Assembly (NCBI GenBank): GCA_963787975.1
Contig: CAWBEU010000007.1
Span: 21,640 to 85,639 of the forward strand
DNA: 64,000 nucleotides
From: an uncultured Thermoplasmata archaeon
GTDB lineage: Archaea; Thermoplasmatota; Thermoplasmata; Lutacidiplasmatales; UBA184
Direction: 5' to 3'
Part shown: positions 57,938-64,000 of the stretch, one piece after another
Position numbering within the stretch: position 1 is the first letter of the stretch
Layout: each line of letters opens with the position of its first letter
Translations under genes and position numbers: made by a program
Notes under the pieces: generated by a model
Database searches by the model: none
Told to the model about the DNA's origin: nothing
Seen by the model: the letters and a program-made list of their open reading frames with translations, nothing else

Positions 57938-59356
57938 ATGACCCCGACGTCCGACGCCGTGCTGGACGATATCCTCTCGGTCCGTGGCGGCCGATTATTC
58001 GTGGAAGAGGTGGCGGCCGAGGAGCTCGCCCGTCGCTTCGGTACTCCGATCTACGTGATGTCCGAGAACGGCCTGAGGCGCCGAGTTCGGAGGTACATCC
58101 AGGCGCTCAAGGAACGCTGGCCAGAGGGGCCCGTCCACATTCTCCCTTCAATTAAGGCAAACTATTCACTTGCGCTCCGACACGTGCTGACCCAAGAGGG
58201 AGTGGGTTGCGACACGTTCGGCCTCCCCGAACTGTTCGCTGCCCTTCAGAGTCGTGTCCGGCCCGAGTTGATCTCCGTCAACGGTTCGAGCAAGGACCGG
58301 CCCTTGGTGGAGCGGGCGCTTCGGGCGGGAGCACGGATTACCCTCGACAGTCCACGAGAGGTAGCCCTCGTCCGGGAGGTGGCTCGCGAACTCCACCTCC
58401 GCGCCCGGGTACGGTTTCGACTGCGGCCGCTGTACCAGGATCTCGAGCAGTCGTCCGACTTTCATGACGAGGAGGTGTCCATCCGAGACGCCGCCCAGGC
58501 GTACAAGCCCGGTATTCCCACCGAGGAACTGCTCAAGATCGGTCCGGATGCCATTACCGCCCCGGAACTCGACGTGACCGGCGTGATGGTCCACCTCGGT
58601 CGGCACAGCACCGACCTCGAGGTCTGGCGACGGATGGCGAGCGGCGTAGGAGGGCTGATCGGCGAGCTCCACGACGCGTGGGGTGGCTGGGAGCCCCACG
58701 AGATCGACTTGGGTGGCGGGTTCGCATCGCCACGCGACCCTACCGCGCGAGCGACCAGCCGGGGCAGCAAGAGAGCTGTCGGGGCTCTGGCGCCCACGGT
58801 CGAGGACTACGCGCAAGTCCTGACCGACGGTCTCCGCGGCGCCCTCACCAACGCGCGAATCGCGACGCAGGGAAAGGTTCTCGAGGTGGAGCCAGGACGA
58901 GGACTCTACGCCGACGCGGGTCTCCACCTCACCACGGTTCGCAACATCAAATCACAGACCGAGCCGGTCCCCCGAACCTGGGTGGAAGTAGATACCACCG
59001 AGATGTTCCTCCTCGACACCCTGATCGAGAGGAACCGATGGACTCCCATCGTCACGGAACGGGCCGGGGCCTCCGCCGTGCTGACGGCGGATATCGTCGG
59101 GATCTCGTGTGGCTTCGACGTCATCGTCCCCGACGCGCGACTCCCTCTAGTAACGGTGGGCGATCATATCGCCTTTCTCGACACGGGCGCCTACCAAGAC
59201 GCGACGGCGGCGAACTTCAACGCCATGCCGCGGCCGGCGACGATCCTCGTGAACGGTTCTGAGGCGGAAGTAATCAAGCAGGCAGAGACGATCGAGGACG
59301 TCTTCCGACGGGACATTGTTCCGCCCCGCCTGCAGGCCCCCCCGCTCGCAAGGTAA
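57938..59356 (+). CDS. PLP-dependent group IV decarboxylase (diaminopimelate decarboxylase-like), substrate uncertain
   Basis: FGTPIYV, PSIKANY (PLP Lys), DLGGGF, EPGR, DTGAY...NFN.MPRPA. Confidence 0.85.
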   Translation: MTPTSDAVLDDILSVRGGRLFVEEVAAEELARRFGTPIYVMSENGLRRRVRRYIQALKERWPEGPVHILPSIKANYSLALRHVLTQEGVGCDTFGLPELFAALQSRVRPELISVNGSSKDRPLVERALRAGARITLDSPREVALVREVARELHLRARVRFRLRPLYQDLEQSSDFHDEEVSIRDAAQAYKPGIPTEELLKIGPDAITAPELDVTGVMVHLGRHSTDLEVWRRMASGVGGLIGELHDAWGGWEPHEIDLGGGFASPRDPTARATSRGSKRAVGALAPTVEDYAQVLTDGLRGALTNARIATQGKVLEVEPGRGLYADAGLHLTTVRNIKSQTEPVPRTWVEVDTTEMFLLDTLIERNRWTPIVTERAGASAVLTADIVGISCGFDVIVPDARLPLVTVGDHIAFLDTGAYQDATAANFNAMPRPATILVNGSEAEVIKQAETIEDVFRRDIVPPRLQAPPLAR

Positions 59357-59361
59357 CGAGG

Positions 59362-59892
59362 ATGGCGCGCGGGCTGGACCATGTTTCGGTGACGGTGGCC
59401 GACCTCGAACGCTCCCTCCTTTTCTATCAGGGGCTCCTGAAGATCCCCGTCCTGGGTCGCGGGGAAGACGCGGGACCCCCGGTACGCGGGCCGGCGGGTG
59501 TCGCCCATAGCCGGTTTCGCTACGCCGACCTCGAACTCGGGGGTGGACAGATCCTGGAGCTCCTCCAGTACCTTCAACCGAAAAGGAGGCCACTCCGTCC
59601 GACTCCGTTTGCTCCCGGTGGGGGACACATCGGCCTTCGCGTCGTGGATCTGGACGCGGCCTTGAGGCGTCTCCGTGCAGCGGGCGTGCTTCCGCAATTC
59701 GACCCGATCCAGGTGGTTACCCCCACCTGGTGGGCGGGCGCGCGAGTGGTGTACGTGTCCGACCCCGATGGAACAACGGTAGAACTGGTCGAGCGACCTG
59801 GTTCGCCTCAGTCTACGCTCCGCCGAGAGAAAACGGCGAAAGGGAGCCACAGCCGCCGGAAACATTCGGCTGGCGCAGCTAGGGTACCCTGA
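59362..59892 (+). CDS. VOC-family protein (methylmalonyl-CoA epimerase/glyoxalase-like)
   Basis: DHVSVTVADLERSLLFY, LELLQY, GHIGLRV, YVSDPDGTTVELVE; starts 5 nt after the decarboxylase stop. Confidence 0.88.
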   Translation: MARGLDHVSVTVADLERSLLFYQGLLKIPVLGRGEDAGPPVRGPAGVAHSRFRYADLELGGGQILELLQYLQPKRRPLRPTPFAPGGGHIGLRVVDLDAALRRLRAAGVLPQFDPIQVVTPTWWAGARVVYVSDPDGTTVELVERPGSPQSTLRREKTAKGSHSRRKHSAGAARVP

Positions 59893-60082
59893 GCTCCGAT
59901 CGAGGGCAGGGACGGCTACTCCGACCGGTTCGAGGCCGGATGGAAGCCTTTCAGCCTTGGCATTCGGTCCTGCGCCTGGCCTCCGTTCCACGAGACAGCA
60001 GGTACGTCCGCCTTCGCGGCGAATCGGAAAGTCAACTAGAACCGACGGCGGACTAATTGTCCCTTGGATCATGCAATTTTAG

Positions 60083-60526
60083 GTGAGTGGCATGAACACA
60101 GTGAACCCTCCGTTCCCCAGTCGATCCCTCGATGATTCAACCAGCCCGGCCCGGTGGATCCTTCTCGGGCTGGCCGTGATGTTCGTGCTGATCGGTGTCG
60201 GTGTCCTCCTGTCCATCGTCGCCTCGGCGCCTTCCTTCACGTTCACGGCGCCGTGGGCGACATGGGCCTCGGTGTGGGCGTGGGTGATCGGCGCCTTCGT
60301 CTTCGCGATCTTCGTGCTGATCGTCGTCAGTATCGCGCGGTTCGTAACGGGAGGATTCGGCGCCGGATACCTGTCGCGCCGCTACTTCCGGCACTACGGG
60401 CGCTGGGGTCGTGACCCAGCGGTGGACGTGGCACGGGAGCGCTTCGCCCGGGGAGAGATAACCCGGGAGCAGCTGGATCAGATCTGGACAGAACTAGAGC
60501 GCCATGAGTCGACCTGGCACCCATAG
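60083..60526 (+). CDS. Membrane protein with C-terminal SHOCT domain
   Basis: Two TM segments + DPAVDVARERFARGEITREQLDQI. Confidence 0.8.
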   Translation: MSGMNTVNPPFPSRSLDDSTSPARWILLGLAVMFVLIGVGVLLSIVASAPSFTFTAPWATWASVWAWVIGAFVFAIFVLIVVSIARFVTGGFGAGYLSRRYFRHYGRWGRDPAVDVARERFARGEITREQLDQIWTELERHESTWHP

Positions 60527-60737
60527 GTGGACTGGGCCGCCGGGGGACGCGAGGAACCTCGAGAGCTGCTTCCGGCGAGGTCGGGAAGCACCCTCGATCC
60601 CGCGTGCCGGTGCCGTTCCTTGGCCATCTTCCCCTGACGTGATTGGCTTCAGGCCAACCGCCAGCGGTATCGACCCCCGGATGGCGTCAACCCGGTTTGA
60701 CAGCCAGGGGATACCGTCGGTTTGAATTGGCCTATGG

Positions 60738-61334
60738 ATGGAAGCTTCTACGCCGGCCGCGGTGAGATTCTCGAGATCCGTTCATCGCATGCGGCCAACG
60801 TCGTCGCCTTCCCGTACCCGCATTCCAATTCCCCTCGCATACAACGTAACGGTCGGCGATGTGATGAATCGGGCACCGGTGACCATCGGGCCGGACGCGT
60901 CGCTGTTCGACGCGTTAGTCCTGCTGAGGGGCCGGGAGATTTCGGGGCTTGCGGTCGTGGACGCCGCCCAGAACGTCGTCGGAGTTCTGAGCCAGAAAGA
61001 TCTCGCGCGTAGTCTGGGAGTTGCGTTCAGTCTCCCGGATACGAAGGGGTTGCTGGACGTTCTGTTGGCCGGTATCCGAAGTGAACCTGACACCTTCCTA
61101 ACCGGCTTCCGGAGGACCCTGGAGGCGACCTCGGTTGAAAGCGCCATGTCGCGTCCTCCGTTCGTGGCGCAAGTGGACGCTCCCCTGGAGCTGGCCATGG
61201 AGGTCATGTCAGAGAACTCGATTAGTCGACTCCCCGTGGTGGACCGGAATAAGCTCGTAGGCATCGTGACTCCGACGGACCTCGTCAGTGCCGCCCTTCG
61301 CGTGCGCCCGGGAAAGCCCGCGAAGCCGGCCTGA
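60738..61334 (+). CDS. CBS-domain pair protein
   Basis: VGDVMNR, ISGLAVVD, ISRLPVVDRNKLVGIVT. Confidence 0.88.
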   Translation: MEASTPAAVRFSRSVHRMRPTSSPSRTRIPIPLAYNVTVGDVMNRAPVTIGPDASLFDALVLLRGREISGLAVVDAAQNVVGVLSQKDLARSLGVAFSLPDTKGLLDVLLAGIRSEPDTFLTGFRRTLEATSVESAMSRPPFVAQVDAPLELAMEVMSENSISRLPVVDRNKLVGIVTPTDLVSAALRVRPGKPAKPA

Positions 61335-61349
61335 ACCGAGGGATTCTTT

Positions 61350-61490
61350 ATGGGCGGTCCCGGCCGGCATCGTCGCCAATCCAAGCGCAAGAGGAAGGGA
61401 ACCAAGCGCGCCAAGGCGACGCTCATCCGACGAGAGCTGTACCGAGTGAAGCCGTTTTTGACGGACGTCGAGGTTTCCGAGACAGAGTAA
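61350..61490 (+). CDS. Putative 46-aa highly basic micro-protein (not in ORF track)
   Basis: MGGPGRHRRQSKRKRKGTKRAKATLIRRELYRVKPFLTDVEVSETE; GAGGGA upstream. Confidence 0.5.
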   Translation: MGGPGRHRRQSKRKRKGTKRAKATLIRRELYRVKPFLTDVEVSETE

Positions 61491-61667
61491 CGGTTCCCTC
61501 CGGTCCGCGAGGTGGAGGGGGTGGAACCCAGATTGCGCCCATCAACGCGCGGTGCCGGACACGCTCCGCGCGAGGCGACGGCGTTGGAGCGGAGAGCCCG
61601 GGACCCGCAGTCTGATCGGTGCGGGGCGCGAGACGCGGGGTTTATCCTCCGAAACCCATCCCCCTGT

Positions 61668-62267
61668 ATGCCCGACGCCTGGTCGATGAAGGGTGAATAT
61701 TTCGAAGCCTGCAACTGTGAGGTCGCCTGCCCATGCATTTTCATGAGCGACCCAACGGGGGAGACCTGCACCGTCCTTCTGGGCTACCACGTCGAGAAGG
61801 GAGTCTCGGGGACGCACCCCCTGGACGGGCTCAGCTTCGCCATCGCCGCGTTCTCCCCTGGAAACATGCTCAAGAACAAATGGGAGGGAGCGATCTATCT
61901 GGACCAGCGCGCCACGGAGGCCCAGCGGAAGGCGCTGGAAACGATACTGACGGGTCAGGCCGGCGGCATCTTCGGAGTGCTGGCTCCGTTCTTTGGAAAG
62001 GTCCATGGGATCCGCTCGGTTCCCATCGAGTTCCACGTCGACGGGAAGAAGCGGTCGCTGAAAATTCCCGGCGTGGCCGAAATGCGAGTTCAGGCTATGA
62101 CCGACTCGGACGGGAAGGAGGTCAGGATCTTGAACGCTCCGTTTGGGGCGGTGGCGAACGTCTCGGTGGCCAAGTCCGAGAAGCTCAGCCTTACCGACTA
62201 CGGGTGGAAATGGGACGTCGCCGAGAAGAACAGCTTCGTCGCTCCCTTCTCAGCGCGAGGCCCATAG
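61668..62267 (+). CDS. DUF1326 domain protein
   Basis: WSMKGEYFEACNCEVACPC...PTGETC. Confidence 0.85.
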   Translation: MPDAWSMKGEYFEACNCEVACPCIFMSDPTGETCTVLLGYHVEKGVSGTHPLDGLSFAIAAFSPGNMLKNKWEGAIYLDQRATEAQRKALETILTGQAGGIFGVLAPFFGKVHGIRSVPIEFHVDGKKRSLKIPGVAEMRVQAMTDSDGKEVRILNAPFGAVANVSVAKSEKLSLTDYGWKWDVAEKNSFVAPFSARGP

Positions 62268-62294
62268 CCCGACGACCGGATCGCTTGCGGGCGG

Positions 62295-63083
62295 TTACCG
62301 GAGCCCATAGGCGCCGGCGATGGCCAGGGCCGAAACCGCGGCCCCGACTGACAGGGTCCCGAGGCCTATCCCGCGGGTGATCCAGAGGGTGTTCCCCCAC
62401 ACCTTCTCGGCGAGCACGAGCCCGGTGACCGCTCCCATCCAGAGGAGGCTCATGGCTCCCGAGACAAAGACCACGAGCATGAGCAGCCAGCAGCATCCCA
62501 GGCAGAAGTACGAATGGGCGAGGCCCATGCGAACTGCTCCCTGACGACCGGGCCGCCACCGGCTCAGGAAAAAGCCGATCGGGGACTGACAGCCCTCGAG
62601 GCAGTATCGCTTCCAGGTAGTGAACTGGTAGACCCCGGCGGCGACCAGGATCGCACCCGGTACTAGGATGAGCCAGCCTGACAAGCCGCCCATCAGACCG
62701 AGACCCATCACCACGACGAGGACGATCGCCGCGAAGATGGCCCAGACCAGGAGGTAGCTGAACGTGAACAGGGCGACGCGCGCGTTCCCTTCTCGCGGCA
62801 AGGAGTCGGCGTGGGCAAACCTCCGGTAGACGAGGACCATCGGGATCGCCGACGGGAGCATCATCGCGGTCATCATGACCCCCGTCAGGGAAACATAGGC
62901 CAGTGTCGCGATGGGCGCGGCGCCGGCCAGCTCGTTGCCGAGGAGCGTCATGAGGTCGTTGGACGTCAGTACGGTCGCGACCCATGCGGCGGCGACGACG
63001 GCCCCGAAGGCCACGAGGACGAGGACAGCGGGGCGCGCAAGCCGGGGAGTAACCGCCCGGGCAGTCCCAAAGGAAGTCGACAT
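62295..63083 (-). CDS. DUF2182 predicted metal-binding integral membrane protein
   Basis: MMTAMMLPS, AGVYQFT.WK..CL..C..P, G..CLGCCWLLML. Confidence 0.88.
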   Translation of the reverse strand: MSTSFGTARAVTPRLARPAVLVLVAFGAVVAAAWVATVLTSNDLMTLLGNELAGAAPIATLAYVSLTGVMMTAMMLPSAIPMVLVYRRFAHADSLPREGNARVALFTFSYLLVWAIFAAIVLVVVMGLGLMGGLSGWLILVPGAILVAAGVYQFTTWKRYCLEGCQSPIGFFLSRWRPGRQGAVRMGLAHSYFCLGCCWLLMLVVFVSGAMSLLWMGAVTGLVLAEKVWGNTLWITRGIGLGTLSVGAAVSALAIAGAYGLR

Positions 63084-63342
63084 GACGACCCGCCTCCCAG
63101 CAATTCGCGTCGGGCGCGCGCTCAGCCAGCCAGTGCCTGACCCCAAATAGAACCTTCCGCGCGATGCTCGCCAGGTTTCCCGATCTAGGATCGGCCCTCG
63201 ACGTCCTTTGACCCAAGAATCGGCAAAGACGCAATCGAGATTGCACCTCCAGTCCAGTGGCGCCTCGGTCCCGGAGAACGTCTCTGCCCTCTAAGAGGTG
63301 AGATCGACACTTTCGTAGCCGCGATCGATCGCGGCGAGGGCA

Positions 63343-64000
63343 TCAACTAAGTAGCTTCTCCAACTGAATCGTGGTGGACACCCGGCGAAAGCCGAGCTGC
63401 TCGTTCAACTTCCACATGGGAGCGTTCATCGAGTCGTTGTTCGTACGAATCCGCCGGAAACCGTGTCGCCGCGCGTACTCGATCACTCCGAGCTTGAGGG
63501 TGAGGGCCACTCCCCGTCGTCGGTATTCCTTCAGCGTGCAGGTGTATTCTTGCTGGAGCATGTCTGGGTCGGCCGCCTCGCGCGCCGCCCAGCTCATGGC
63601 GACGTATTCGTCGCCTGCCTTTGCGATGAACCAACCGTCAGGGAGGACGTTGGGTCCCACCAGCTCCGCTTGCCGGAACTGGTCTAGGGTCCAGGGGATG
63701 TAGGGATCCATGCGGGGAACATCTGGCGAGGTCGCCACCTCCAGCCGGTACAGCCTCTGAACGACGCGGGGATCGCTGACCCCTTCCTGGGCCAGTGTGG
63801 TGACCTCGATTCCGCCGTCCTTCAAGCCGCGAAGGAGCGACGGTAGTCGGTGGGTGTCGGCGGTTTGGACGTCCAGGACCGACTGCCAGTCCCGTGTTCG
63901 TTCGGTGAAACCGCGATGGGCGGAGAACGCGAGGCCCGCCGCTTCCCCTGTCTGGACCGAGGTCCGAAGGCAAACTCCGTTATGGCGGCGCGCATCCTGA
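63343..64000 (-). CDS. GNAT acetyltransferase (5' end outside the window)
   Basis: TCTLKEYRRRGVALTLK, IRTNNDSMNAPMWKLNEQLGF. Confidence 0.88.
   Translation of the reverse strand, partial: QDARRHNGVCLRTSVQTGEAAGLAFSAHRGFTERTRDWQSVLDVQTADTHRLPSLLRGLKDGGIEVTTLAQEGVSDPRVVQRLYRLEVATSPDVPRMDPYIPWTLDQFRQAELVGPNVLPDGWFIAKAGDEYVAMSWAAREAADPDMLQQEYTCTLKEYRRRGVALTLKLGVIEYARRHGFRRIRTNNDSMNAPMWKLNEQLGFRRVSTTIQLEKLLS

Noticed and set aside
1-64000. CRISPR array, tRNA, rRNA, integrase or transposase
   Set aside because: No regularly spaced repeats, cloverleaf/T-loop signatures, or recombinase/DDE motifs found by reading.

Overview
This 64 kb window is gene-dense, high-GC archaeal chromosome. SUI1, TATA-like boxes ahead of near-leaderless genes, APC permeases ending KELPP[ED] and a PKD-type giant peptide-binding protein suggest a soil- or sediment-type Thermoplasmata (inference). 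I found no rRNA, tRNA, CRISPR array, integrase or transposase. 1-19.4 kb holds amino-acid, sulfur and polyamine genes: a cystathionine gamma-lyase/synthase, two APC permeases, a rhodanese, a GcvH-TusA fusion, an agmatinase-like ureohydrolase and a C-N hydrolase. 20-27 kb holds a Kelch surface protein and a MoxR/DUF58 operon. About 27-36 kb is a lower-GC accessory tract with a DprA + phosphoribosyltransferase pair, VapBC and a His-heptad micro-protein. 36-52 kb holds many small START/SRPBCC, VOC and zinc-ribbon proteins plus an HTH-MNT/HEPN pair. 52-64 kb holds a peptide ABC transporter, a divergent LysA-like decarboxylase, CBS, DUF1326/DUF2182 and GNAT genes. The best candidate for an undescribed system is a nucleotidyltransferase-fold protein + metallophosphoesterase + APC permease module present twice within about 17 kb. 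Other leads are the GcvH-like/TusA fusion lacking the lipoyl lysine, the ShosTA-like DprA-PRTase pair, and several unannotated micro-ORFs. Seven single-base frameshifts in six otherwise intact-looking genes are probably sequencing or assembly errors.
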